Positions 50,901 to 63,703 of a stretch of DNA of 64,000 bases are shown in pieces. A program made the position numbers and the translations under genes. Source of the DNA: Saccostrea echinata (Eukaryota). Within the stretch, counting starts at the first letter, position 1. Each line of letters starts with the position of its first letter. The notes under the pieces were generated by a model. It was not told where the DNA came from, did not search any database, and saw nothing but the letters and a program-made list of their open reading frames with translations. The stretch is from positions 806,001 through 870,000 of the forward strand of contig NW_026889833.1 in assembly GCF_033153115.1 (NCBI RefSeq). The letters run 5' to 3'.

Positions 50901-51339
50901 TCCTTTAAAGGATAAAAGGTCTTTCAGCATAGGCACTTGCCAAGAATTGAAATTATAGTCGTAATCGCAGTCTGTATCTAATGACGTAGTGTTTCTTGCT
51001 AAAAATTAAAGTGGAGAATTGAGAGCTCAAAAGCTATTTTTTACTTTCCTTTCTGCACCCAATAATCAATGTAAAATGATATACCATTGGTTGCTTTGTA
51101 AAATGCAAGTTAGTCACATGATAACCATACCTACCAAAAGTAGCTATCTGTGATCTACGGGAGGTAATCCAATAAGAGTAATAAAAAATATTACCGTAAG
51201 GAAGAATAACTCTGTATCTATAGTCTGTTTCTCTATTTCCACGATGCAATATCACAACATACTTGCTCAAAGTTGATGTCATAATTGTAGTTCTGGAATT
51301 GATTGAATATCCTGATGTTAAAAGACTTGGAACAATTTA

Positions 51340-53050
51340 TATTAAAGTTATAATTCACTGTAATATGGAGAAAAAAAACCACTCTGTCTGATTCTGTCCA
51401 CAAATTCACAGACAGTCCATATTATGTCACTCAATGTATGTAACATTAAAATTTTAAAAAAAGTAAAAACAAAAGTGATGGAAATTCCAGATAGTCCATA
51501 AATGGAAAAGATCGAATCCACGTCCATGCATATGTGGTGATGATTCCATAACAATACGGTTATATCCCCATTATCCAAGTTCAATATCACAAATTTATTG
51601 CTGCAGTGAAACTTCAGACATATTCCAGATGATTAAGAAGATTTATTGAAAACTGTTTGTTCGCAAGAGGCTGGTATGTTGCTTTTTTATGAAGAGCTGG
51701 TACAAATAATATTAAAGTTCACACAAACATCAAGATTCAGTGTGGTGCGGAAAAACCTGCGGTTACTTATTCTGTCCATAATTTTACTTCAAGACAGTCC
51801 AAATATAATGTCACCTGGGTTGTGATATTGAAAAATGTAAAGATAAAAAGATCATGGGAATTTTAACAAGTCAGTTGATGGTAAACATCCAAAATCCATG
51901 TCTGTATCCAGTGGTAATGATTTCATAGCATTTCATGAAGAAATTTGTAAATCTCCATTATCCAAGTTGAATAACATAATTTTATCCTGCAGTGAAACAT
52001 CATATATATTTCAGAGATATATTATTTAAGTGATAAAAATTGTATTTCAAGGGAGCAGAGGCAACTTTATAAATTAAAATAAAGAAGAAAATGATAGAAG
52101 AAATATTTAAATTCATGGAAATATTTTAAAGATTTCAGTATAGTGTGGAAAAACCCACGCTGACTGAATGTTCACTAGGATGTTCAAATATGTATATCTC
52201 TACCTGGTAAGAAGTACATGATAATATTATTATTTCATGGTATTTTGATTAGAAATACATGTAAATGCCTTCAATAGTTCTAAGCATTACAAATTTATTC
52301 CTGCAGTGAAAAATCATATGTTTTATAGATAATTATTAAGAGTTTAAAAACTGCATTCTAATTGGGAGCCGAGCTAGGTTTATGAAATATGAAGATGAGG
52401 AGAACTGGTATAAGAAATATTAAAGTTATTGCAAATATTAAATATCAGTGTAGTGTGGAAAAAGCCACGCTTACTGAATCTTTACTAAGGCAGTCCAAAA
52501 TCAAATTGTTATGTAATAGTAAAAATGTAAGAATGAAATTATGGAAATATGAAGAAGTTGGCCATTGGTTTGAAAGAGCAAAAATGTATGTCATTGTCCA
52601 GTAAGAATTAATTACTACTTAAAAAAATCATGTATATGTAAGTCCCTTCATCAGTGCTGAATATTAGAAATCCATTACTGCAGTGCAACATCACATAAGT
52701 TTCAGATAATAACTGTATTTCATGGGAGGTAAGTTTGTATGTTGTTTTTGGTGAAGAAAGTAAGATAAAACATATGTTAAAGTTGATGCAAACATGAAGA
52801 TTCAGTATAGTGCGGAAAAACCCGCGCTGACTGATTGTGCCTACAACAACTTTACTATTATAGAAAGGCAGTCCTAATACAATGTCATTAGATATATAAC
52901 GTAAAAAAAATGTTAATAAGTTTTGCAAATTTGAAAAAGTCAGTTGATGGGAAAGTGCCTGAAAACCCATCATTTCCTTTATATGTAAAAAGCGTGCTCT
53001 AATGATTAAAAATATAAATCCTGCAGATTAAAAAAATATTCCTACTTGTA
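51340..53050. repeat. Degenerate tandem repeat, ~310-390-bp unit, ~5 copies
   Basis: ctgcagtgaaa-type anchors at ~51602, 51987, 52301, 52679, 53021 and tcagtrtrgtgyggaaaaa anchors at ~51737, 52135, 52445, 52802. Confidence 0.7.
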
Positions 53051-53482
53051 AAAGTTTTGCAAGATATTATGTGATATTGTTGATATAAAAGGCAACTGGC
53101 TGATGCTAAAAAAGGATAAAAATTTTGAAAAAATGGAGAAGTGCTGAAAAACTATTCAGTTAACTGTATAAATTTAGACATTTAAGTGAAGTGCCAAACC
53201 TTGTCCCTGTCATGCTCATTCTCATGAGAAATCGATGTTAGTTATTTAATTAATTTTGAAAGACATTTATGATTTTTTTTTTAAAGATTTGCTTTTCGGT
53301 CATAGTCTGAACCAATCCGGCTTCCGTGGCGGTACCAGGGATTAAAATCCCCGCCGGCACAGCTCCAGGCTAATGACTTACTTTGCAAATGACATATAAA
53401 AAAAAATAATCATATTATAATTCTTTCTAGAGTACAAGAGGAAACTTCTTGTTTAGTAACTTAAAATGAATAATAGGGTATA

Positions 53483-53995
53483 TCAAGGAAAAAACTTCAG
53501 GTTAACAAAGTTCTGGTTTTTTTATAACAAGCACAATGGGTAAAATTCCTTCCAAACATCAAGGAGAGTGAAACTTCAGGTACACAAAGTTTTTTATAAC
53601 AAGCACAATGGGTAAAATTCCTTCCAAACATCAAGGAGAGTCATACTTCAGGTACACAAAGTTTTTTATAACAAGCACAATGGGTAAAATTCCTTCCAAA
53701 CATCAAGGAGATTGAAACTTCAGGTACACAAAGTTTTTTTATAACAAGCACAATGGGTAAAATTCCTTCCAAACATCAAGGAGAGTGAAACTTCAGGTAC
53801 ACAAAGTTTTTTATAACAAGCACGATGGGTAAAATTCCTTCCAAACATCAAGGAGATTGAAACTTCAGGTACACATAGTTTTTTATAACAAGCACAATGG
53901 GTAAAATTCCTTCCAAACATCAAGAAGAGTGATACTTCAGGTTAACAAAGTTCTTTATAACAAGCACAATGGGAAGTGTTCCTTCCAAACATCAT
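53483..53995. repeat. 72-bp minisatellite, 7 near-identical copies
   Basis: Unit aaacttcaggtacacaaagtttttttataacaagcacaatgggtaaaattccttccaaacatcaaggagagtg, starting at ~53492, 53571, 53643, 53715, 53788, 53860, 53932. Confidence 0.95.
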
Positions 53996-55063
53996 GGATT
54001 ATAGTTTTGATATCGTTCATTAAGCATTAAAAAGTCGTACATTTTTGGTAAACAGTATTATAAAAATTATGTAAAAACTGGCTCAATTACATAACTCTGA
54101 TGCAAAAAGATTAAAAATAATTGTTGCTTTTTAAATATATTTGAATTGTGAATATTGGGGAAACTTTTTTTTTACATTAGAAGTACAGATACATGAGGAG
54201 GAGTTATTGCCCTTACCAACATTTTTTAAAGATTAATTAATTAATTATTTAAAGAAAATATTCAGTTTTTCAATCTTTTACTGAATAATATTTTTCAGTA
54301 TATATATTGAAAAACATTCTTTTAAAGGATATATTTCTATTTGGTATGAATTTAAATCAATAACAGTTTTTTTCAAAACCCTATGACATCAAAGATGTGG
54401 AAATACTGAAAATATTAACCTGAAATCTATGTCCCTTTAAATAAAGGATGTATGTCTGGTTAGGCACTTTCAAACTCAGGGTGTTCAAAACAAATCTGAT
54501 ACCATTACAAAATAATGATTAAGTGTCTTGCATAAATTAATAAAAACCCTTTATTTATGTAAAGTACTAGTATTAATGGTGGGCCAAAATATATAAGAAA
54601 TCATGATATGACAGAACTTTTTTTACATAAAGAACTTTATGGCGATGTACATTATTCAAGAAAATATAACCATTTAGGAGCCAACTCCATGAGGGGAAGG
54701 TTGTGTCATCCAGTTGATTTGTATGTTTCAATGAAATACAAGTATGTCTCATGCGAGTGTAAATTTACCTAAAAAAGGCACAAATAAACCTTCAGATTAT
54801 TACAATGCATGGTTACAAAGCTTTAGAAAAGTATCTCAGAATATAGTATGAACAAAATGAATTCATTTTTTAATTAGAAACTTTAAAATGCATTTCCTTT
54901 TAATAATTTTGAGATTTGATCATTTTCTCTATATAATATGGTTATAACTATAATTAAAATTAAAATTCCTGCCATCACAGCTCCAGACTAATGACCTACT
55001 TTGCAAATGGTAAAGATACATATCACAGAATGAAATGGGAAGTCATAAGTACACTACTTTATT

Positions 55064-55799
55064 TTAAATCCAACAGTCTCTTTTTGCTTGTTCAGATATT
55101 TTTTTCAACCAACATTTTGCTAATAAGGTGTCAGGATGAATACCATCTTTATAGAGTTTAAAATTATAGTATCTTTTTGTTTTCAATTTTCTGTTTTTTT
55201 CCACAACGGTATTTATCGGTAGCACTTAAATCTGAAGAAAACTGGGGGGAGTATACCTCGGTACTTTTATTCAATTCTCTAATTCTGTTATTTAAGGTGT
55301 AAATTTGTTGTTGTAATTTTTCATCATCAACTTCAAAAAGGGTGGGGTTTTTGTGTCCTTTGCATTTATTCCATTCTTTAATTGAATATATTGGAGTTTC
55401 TAAAAAAGTTACTTTACAGCCTGGAAAATTCTGCATAGTTTCTGTAATTTCTTTGGAGTTCATAATAATTTTATCTACTTCGTCATCATTATCAGATGTT
55501 AAAGAAATATACTGTTTGTTTTTTGAAGTTAAGTTACAAGTGCCTAACCAAACATACAACCATATGTTTCCATGACGTTTAACCTTTTCAGCTAAATTTC
55601 TTTTCAGCCACTCTGTGCTGTCCTCAATCTTTGCACCACTACGTGCCCACCATAAAATTTCTTTTTCTGTATTATTTAGAACAAACCTTTTCAGCCAGTT
55701 GCCTTTACTATCAGATAACACAACAGGTACATAGCTTTTCTGACCTGATGGTGGTTGTGTAGGTTTGGAAATAAATTTACGAAGCTTGTTTTCTGACAT
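55064..55799 (-). CDS. SGNH/GDSL hydrolase-fold protein with one frameshift near 55180
   Basis: Block I VVLSDSKG, block II RSGA, block III VWLGTCNL in ORF 55164-55799. Removing one A in gaaaacaaaaaga restores TKRYYNFKLYKDGIHPDTLLAKCWLKKI...CWI* with the block V DGIHP (DxxH) motif. Confidence 0.7.
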
Positions 55800-55822
55800 T
55801 ATGATACTAAATTGAAGAATAA

Positions 55823-58800
55823 CTAATTATTTTGTAAAGAGTAGCAATGATCCAGCACTGATGAAGGTTTGGAAGTTTCTGTGTCTGTGAAGTGTAGGTG
55901 TCCCTCTTTTATATCATGTAAAATTTCTTGTTCAGTAAGCTCAAAAGTGTCCTCCTCCTCTACCTCTTCTTGGCCTCTTTCCCAGTATTTTACCTGTAAG
56001 AAATGAAAAGTTCATTACATGAATGGCATATATTACCTAAAATTATACATAAGTATAGTAAGGCAGACTATGAAATAAGCTCCTCAGACCATTCAAACTT
56101 TGAGCCAGAGGTATACTTATAAAATACATGTACCACATAAAAGTGTTTATCTTGCTAATTGCAAAACTAAAATTGAAACTTAATATAATTAATGAATACA
56201 CATTGTTTTCATAAGCATAGAGAAGGATTAATGCAAACATGGTGTGCTCATAGAAAACACAGTGATTTAGTGAACAAAAATACAGGTTTAAAATTATGAA
56301 GACATACACTTCAGACAAATTTTGATAAGTTATGCACAATTAAGCATCATCTGGAAATAATGAGGTGAAAAAAGTTAATAATGTAATATATCATTCTATT
56401 AAGTAACCACCAAGCACCTTTTCTTTAGGAAAGTAGGAAGAAAAGGAGATTCAGTAACATATAGATGTTAAGATCCCCATACAATCAACACCATTTTTTA
56501 CAATATTGTTATATAACAGTATTAGATTAAAAGTACGAAATCATAATATAATTTATAAGTACTTTAAATATTCCATCCTTATAGGAAACAATCTTTCCTT
56601 CCCACAGAGTGTCCTGACCTTGGTCGGTCCAAAGGTGTTTGAAATATTTTCCTATTATTTCTAGAGGTTTTAATGGTGTATCCTTCACAGACTCAGAACT
56701 TCTTGATATAGTTTTTTCAATTAAAGTGAGGAAATTGTTTGTCAGAGTTTCTACGTCATGCATTTTTCTGTTTTTACTAAAATGAGTTAAATGTTTGTCT
56801 GAAGGAGGCAAAATGAATACAGTCTTTAATAAATTAATTTGTTCTTTCAAGGCTGACAATTTTTCTTTTTTTGAGGGAAGTTTTTCTAATTCATTCTGAA
56901 CACGATTCCTATCACTCCATAAGCCATGTGATTTGATTTTTTCAACTGCAGAATTAAGCTGTTTTTCTTTCTTTTGATTTTTTAAAAGTACAGATTTTTG
57001 CCTCTCCCTTATTTGTTCTAAGTGTTTTTTGAATAAATTTTGCTTTCGTTCTTTCACGACTTTTAAAACATTTGTATTTCTTTTCCTGGCTTTTGTAATT
57101 ATTTTACATTGTTCTGATTCAGATTTTGATTTCAACCATTCAGATGTTTTATTATTTTTAAACATGATAATGCTCTCCATTGTATTAATATTGTAAGTAG
57201 GAGCTTTTGCAATGTTAGAATCTAATTTTGACATAAGCCTTTCTACATTTATATTGTTTGGAGGACATGACTGGCTATTTAAAAGAACATCTTTGGGTGG
57301 GTCATAAAATTTACCCCCATTTAAAAAATCCTTAAAAAGCTGCTCACATTTTTCTTTTAAAACAACACAAAGACATTCTAAAACATGACAAGTTCCAACA
57401 TCATTTGCAGTTGGTAAAAAAAGATATGATGACACTTCATCATAAAGAGTTGGACCACAGAACAATCGTATTTTGTTGTGTAAAAGCAATTGAGGATTTT
57501 CAATACAGGTTTCAAGAAAATGAACAACTCTTCTATACACACTTCCCATTTCAATTGCAGAAGTAGAAACTTCTGCACAAGTCCAATAAGGTTGTGTAAA
57601 AAGTACATTTAGAATTCCTAGTGCACGTAAAATACATAAAATACTGTTATCTGCAAGAGCTGTACAAATGTAAGTATGAATATAATTTAAAGAACTCTTT
57701 GATTCTTTTAGGTATGTTAAAATATGTTCATGAAGATAAAATGTTCCTGCTGAATTGTAAAACAAAGTATTGAATCTGTTTCCCCTAAACTTCATAATTG
57801 GTACCCTTGAAATATTCAACTTGTCTTTCAAATATGTTGCAGCAAGTAAGGGGTCACCACATCCATCTTTGTGAAACAATTTCGAAACACAACGCAATAA
57901 ATACATGGTTGCACACTCATTATTATTTGTATCAAATTTTATTTTATGATCTTTTTCTAGTTTAGATATTTCTTTCAGGCAAACATCCGAAAATTGCAAA
58001 AGAGGATGCACAGAACATTTAAAAGAATTTATAGCACAGTCATGATTTGAATGGCACTTTTTTTCAACCTCCAAAATGTTATTCACTTTTTGCTCTGTAG
58101 CACTTCTATCTGTCATAAAATTACTCACATTTTTCATAATATTAAAATTGGGGTCTTCTGAGTCAGTACATGTATCATTAAAAATTTCTTTCAAACAACT
58201 AACATATGTTTCTGCTTTGCCATCTACAACCTCCCTCAACCCAGCTGTAAAAGTTTTTTCATTTGTGGAAACTTCCACTCCATAATAATGTTTTCCTTTC
58301 TTTGTTGTTGCATCTCTGTGAATTGTTAAATTATTTAAGTCTTTTACTTCCGAACAAATATGAGCACGACTAATAATACCTAGCTCACTACTTAATTTTG
58401 CAACAGTTGATGGATGTGGCAACTCCTCTACACAAACATCCACTAGACCTAACACTTCTTCAATAATGGGATTAATATGTTGAGAAGGAATATTTCTACT
58501 TCTAAATTCATATAAAATTTTTCTTAATTTGAAATGGTACGGATTGCCTCTACATTCAGTGTTTCTGAAATTTAATATTTTCTGATTTTCATTTTCTTCA
58601 TCATGTTCATAGACATTATCTTCCAGAGATGATTTTAAGTTTTCAATTTCTTCTCTTAAGGCATTTATATCCGTTTTTATCGTGTTACATTGGGTACCAA
58701 CAGTAGTAAAATTTTTATTTTGTTTATTTTTTTCTCTGGATGACACAGACTCTTTAAATTTTATACGGAGGCTGCTGATTGTGGCCTGTAATCTTTGAAT

Positions 58801-60463
58801 AGTGCGTTGATTTCTCTTTAACTTCTGATTCAGGACATGTACTTTGATATTTTTTAGCCTTTTTTTTACTTTTTTGTTTTCTTTTCGCAAATGCTCACAA
58901 TCAGCACAGGAATCGTGTTCAGTTTTTTGTCTTTTATTTTCTTTTTGTACACTGTCAACTTGTTTTTGTTTCATAGAAGGCAAAATGAATTCTAACTTTA
59001 ATTTTTCTAAATACTTGTCCTTATTTGGAAATTTCTTAAGTCTTTTAATTTCATTTAAAGTTCGTTTTGCTTTTGTAAATAAACTTATGGGATTTACAAG
59101 GTCCTTTTCTATTTGAAGCACTTTACAAATTTCTTCATGAAATGCTCTGGAATCTCCTTGCACCTTTTGAAAAATGTTCTGAATGTCAGAATTATTTATC
59201 ATGTTGGTGAGTTTCACAACTATAACGAAATATTTACCATATATGCTGTAAATGATAAGCATAAATTTCCATGTCTTAACGTATATATGCATGTATTTTT
59301 CTGTATTTAAAACAGAAGAAAATATTTTATACATGTATTGAGGCTTACAAAAAAGAAAATAAAGGTTTGTTTCCACTTATAGCACTGACCCTTATTTTTG
59401 TCTATAAAGCTACACAAACAAAAACATACTGGTCTACCTATCCTACTTTTTTCAAACTGAAAGCGGAATCAAATTTTTTATAGGCCTTATAACATACTCT
59501 ATTATATACCATGGGAAACTTACACGCTAAGATAAGGCAATAGCAGTGCAGATAACAGAGAATATTTTTCTTTCCAATGAAATTTGTGCACAAAACACAC
59601 ACACAAAATTAGGAAAAGGATAAGTACCTATTTTCTGCATATATGGTACTGGATTTGATTCTGGAATTATGTCTTCTCTACAAAAAATAAAACCAAAAAA
59701 AAAAAAAAAAAAAAATTAAACTGATGCATAAAGTTAAAATAATATTACTTTATTACGATACATCCAGTATATATTAACTTATCTTTATTAATTTCAATTA
59801 TTATAACTGTGATTGTTATACTGTAATCATCATCATAAATAGTGAAATAAATTATCATTACTATAAATATTTATTTATAAGTAAAAGAAAACATGTAAAT
59901 ACAAATATTATAATTATTAAAGAACTCTACATACCTTATGTGGGCTTACCCATGATGATATAATATAGAAACAAACTATAAACAGCTGATTGAAAAGGGA
60001 CGTAATTAAAAGAACAAAATACCGCTTCAATATATTTAAAAATGATTGACAAAAATTGCTTCATTTATATCACTTGTGATTTTTCATATATATTTTTTTC
60101 ATATTTCCCCATCTATTAATCAATGATAGAACTTGCAAGAAGCAGAAATACCTGTGCAAAAAAATATTTTTTTGTATTCTACATTTCAGTCATATGTTTT
60201 TAAATTCTATTTTCTTTCAAATTAATCAAGTAAGTAGCATAAACTTAATAAAATAATCAAACCAAATACCTATACATGTTTAATTTTACTTACCTACACA
60301 ATGTCACTTCCCAGGTAATGTCCTGCGTCGAGATATATCGAAAGACTGTGTGGCGCGTATCTGATTGCACGGACTCCACTCCACAAATCACAACTTCCGC
60401 TGATTTAGAGTTATCGTTCTTTGCCGCCCCCTAGCGTTCAGTAGAAATGCTAAATGACGCCAT
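55823..60463 (-). mobile_element. Spliced hAT-like (CxxH-type) DDE transposase gene with a C-terminal Spindlin/Tudor-like domain
   Basis: Phase-compatible exons 60463-60294 (one in-frame TAG at 60433-60431), 59677-59628, 59219-56563, 55993-55823. Motifs HRDATTK (D1), FMTDRSAT (D2), CSVH, GNRFN, NNINVERLMSKLD (E). C-terminus IIGKYFKHLW...WEGKIVSY..|VKYW...FELTEQEILHDIKEGHL. Confidence 0.8.
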
Positions 60464-60743
60464 CGTTTACGATGAAAACGGAAGTAAACATGCCCTACAT
60501 TTCACTTTTGCGTGATGTAAAAATCGGGTCGGAAACGTATCTCGGAAGTCGCGTATTCCTTCGCTACCAGGGTTCCATGCGAAATTCTTACAAAACATTC
60601 AAAAGACCAAGGACAATTATTCATTACCGAGAGATACGTTTACTTTTCTTTCTTTGCAGAGGGCTTAAAAGAAATAAAAAATAATTACATCTACTCTACA
60701 ACGTACACTGTACATGTTTTTCATTTATTATTGCACAAGATCT

Positions 60744-60790
60744 TTAGTCTCGTTCAACCAGACGCTCGGCTGTCTCCGTAAATTCCGACG
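60744..60790. mobile_element. Probable terminal arm of a non-autonomous DNA transposon (TAG-starting TIR type)
   Basis: tagtctcgttcaaccagacgctcggctgtctccgtaaa resembles palindromic oyster MITE ends as I recall them. No partner arm was found in the window. Confidence 0.35.
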
Positions 60791-61484
60791 TCTTGTGACG
60801 TCACAGTCTTGACTGTGTCTCGTGCGGTTTGACGTTTGAAGAGGCGGATCCATCAACGTTAGAAGTGTAAGATGTGTATAGGTTTTTGATGGTACAACTG
60901 CGCTCGCCCCAACGGTCACACCGTAAACATATTATCTTAATTGTATGCGATAATTTTCATTTGTATCCGAGAGATTGCGTATTGTTGAGTTGTTTTGTTC
61001 AGTCAATATACCTAGCAAAGTTAGATTTAAGAAAATATTTTAAACATTTGCTGAATGAATGTTTCCCGCTAAACTCCAAACGAATTATGAACCGTTCACA
61101 AATAAAGCTTTGATGTGATAGGAATAACTTTCGGAATTCCCGAGGATTCTAACTGTGTCCTGTTATAAACAGGATTACGATTCTGAATGCATCTCAGTCA
61201 ATTATCATACTTTTTGAGCTTTTCACGGTAGTTTTAAATTATATTTTAGATTCATTAGATTATAATCTTTGTCTTTTTATTTGTTTTAAAATGAACACTT
61301 AGCCCGTCCTATTTCAGGCTTCCATAATTAATCGGAAAAAAATTGAATCTTCAAAATTCAGCTTATCAGCTTCTCAAATTCCAGTTTAAGCTTTACGTGG
61401 AAATTCAGAAAAAAGATTGAAAGTTCTATGAATGAAAGTTCGATACAATGATTTTGTCATCAAAAACTATTGTTATGTCGAATG

Positions 61485-61740
61485 GTATCTGACGTTTTTT
61501 CATACTAATTGTTAGGCCATTATTTAAACACTAAATTGTCTACGGATTTTTCCGTTTGACTAATCATGACAATGTGCACACGGCTGGTGTGACCGGTCGT
61601 CAGGGGTAACTTACTCCTCCATGGCACCTACTTCCCACTTCTGATATTTTTTTTAGAGGTCTGTGTTTGCTCTGCTCCCTATCTGTATTGTTTCAATGGA
61701 CTTTCGAGTTTGATTATTGTTCGTTATCTCCATACTTCAC
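61485..61740 (+). mobile_element. Penelope-like 3' fragment
   Basis: tctgacgtttttcatactaattgttaggcc...cacggctggtgtgaccggtcgtcagggg...ctcctccatggcacc, close to 43610-43860. Confidence 0.8.
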
Positions 61741-62105
61741 TAAAAGAACAACAGGGTTAAGTTAACTAAGGTGTGTGTTGTTGCCCATGGTCTTCTTTTT
61801 GTTTTTGTCAATGTCAACCAAACAGTGACAAGTGACCTTTCTTGATGAAGTTCATAGCCAGGTAAGTAAGATGTAATATAGTAATTATCATGTCCTTGTT
61901 CATGTTTGGACCTGTTGATACAGGATTATTTCCCCTGATAGCGTCATAACGTTATCTGGGATTTAGATACAGTATACTTGGAGGATAGGACATACTCGTA
62001 ACGTCTAAGGAAAACCTTGAATTTTAACTATAGAGGTCTTTATATACACTTGTAGAGAGGATTACAATTTCATAATAGAAATTTAGCTTGAAGATAAACG
62101 TTATT

Positions 62106-62900
62106 ATGAAGCCTGAAATCGGTAAGATTTTATTTTAAATATTTAATTGAATAAGAATTCGATTTCAATTAATTGAAAAACAATATAAGAAAGATCTTTA
62201 TTTTCATCATAGGAACTACAGGGGTCTTAGTTGTAGCATTAATAGTCCTGTGTTCAGGTAAGATTAATAAAAAAAAAAATACATCGAATACTTCTGGATA
62301 AAATGAAGGCTGATATGACCATTGATGGAAGTGTGGCAGAAGTCTGAAATATTTTTCAAAGCTGATGATTTAAATAAATCTGGAACCATCTTGCATGAAA
62401 ATAACATGGATTAGGAATTCAATTTATGAAAAAAGAAATGTGGAGATTTCTCTCCAAATTAGATTGTTGGTAATTTTTCAGGATCTGCTTACCTTCCTAG
62501 TGACTAATCATAAAATTCTTAATACAATCATGTTCATTCTGATTTCAAAATATTCTAATTCAAAATAGATTACAGTTTTGAGACAAAAGAATTGGCTTAA
62601 ATATTTAACAAACATTAATTTGCATTACCAGGATTTATCTGATTTACTGAGTACAATGGATGATATCATTTCTGTGCTGTATGATCTAGTTTTGATTTTT
62701 TTTTTTTTTTTACATTTTATCCAATGTAAGACACAAAAATAAAATGCAATGTTCAGTTCATTATTTGTTTTCTCTCTATTTCACATTTTCTTTTTTCTAA
62801 AGTTGGATTTTCAAAAGCTGGTCAAAAATGTATGTACTGCAACAGAGCAGCCAACATCAGCGATTGTTCGACAAACATTATTGAGTGTTCAGATGCCGAG
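62106..62900 (+). CDS. Secreted Cys-rich Ly6/uPAR (three-finger)-like protein, 5' partial (no further exon identified in the window)
   Basis: Exons 62106-62121, 62213-62257, 62803-62900 (GT-AG, phases 1,1,0) give MKPEIGTTGVLVVALIVLCSVGFSKAGQKCMYCNRAANISDCSTNIIECSDAE: a signal peptide plus CxxC-x8-C-x6-C. Possible non-coding exon ending at 61861 (CAG|GTAAGT). Confidence 0.7.
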
Positions 62901-63230
62901 GTAACTCAGAATAATTAATGTATTGTTTATGCTGGATTATTTTTTACAGAGAATCTTCTTTTAAAAATTCTCATTTGACATATATGAGATTGTGAGGGTG
63001 TTTCAAATAGCGTTTTTGGAAACGGTGCACTTTTCCGTTTTTACCCTGAAATTTTCAAGCACTGCTCAATCAGGTAATATTATTCTATAAATAAAACTTC
63101 AAAAGTGTTACTGTGTGTGTCAAAGAAATAAAAGGAAATCAAAAAGAATGCACACGAATTATTTTATGCATGTTTTGTAAACATTCAATTCCATTCTTAT
63201 AAATTTAAAGCTTAGTACGTATAGTTGGAA

Positions 63231-63703
63231 CAGGGCCGTAGCTTCCATTGTGGCAATGAGGCAACTGCCTCACTAGATTTTTCACCACCACCACCCCTTT
63301 CCATAATCAACAATACACTACAGATAATACGTACAACTAATGGCATTTCTTTTAACATTTTAAGCAGTTCTATAATGTTGAATTGAAGTTTTAAAGAAAT
63401 AATAGCAAAGTTTAATAAGATGCGCTTTCACCTTTAAATGTTTCAAAAAGTTTAGTAAACATACAAACTCTTTCATATTCTTTTAAATATGTAGTATCAT
63501 GCTGAAGTCTTAAATAAAGAAACCAGTACAACAAATGAAATTTCATTGCATTTTAAAACCCCCAACTCATTTTCTATCGGAGTGACCGCTCGAGTGACAC
63601 TACCCGGAATCTGTTGGGGGCTTAAGGCAGCCCCAGACTTCTTGCTGCTATTGTGCATGTATGGTTTTGCCTCACTAGAATTTAAAGTCAAGCTACGCCC
63701 CTG
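63231..63703. mobile_element. hAT-like MITE with 5-bp TSD (hAT5-like)
   Basis: TIRs CAGGGCCGTAGCTT...AAGCTACGCCCCTG, TGGAA duplicated on both flanks, subterminal GCCTCACTAGA repeats. Confidence 0.8.

Noticed and set aside
53720-53923. Cys/His repeat ORF resembling a zinc finger
   Set aside because: Translation of the 72-bp minisatellite. The frame is broken by T-run length changes between units.
59220-59376. N-terminal ~52 aa of the 949-aa ORF
   Set aside because: GTG start in AT-rich sequence upstream of a phase-compatible acceptor at 59220/59219, so probably intron.
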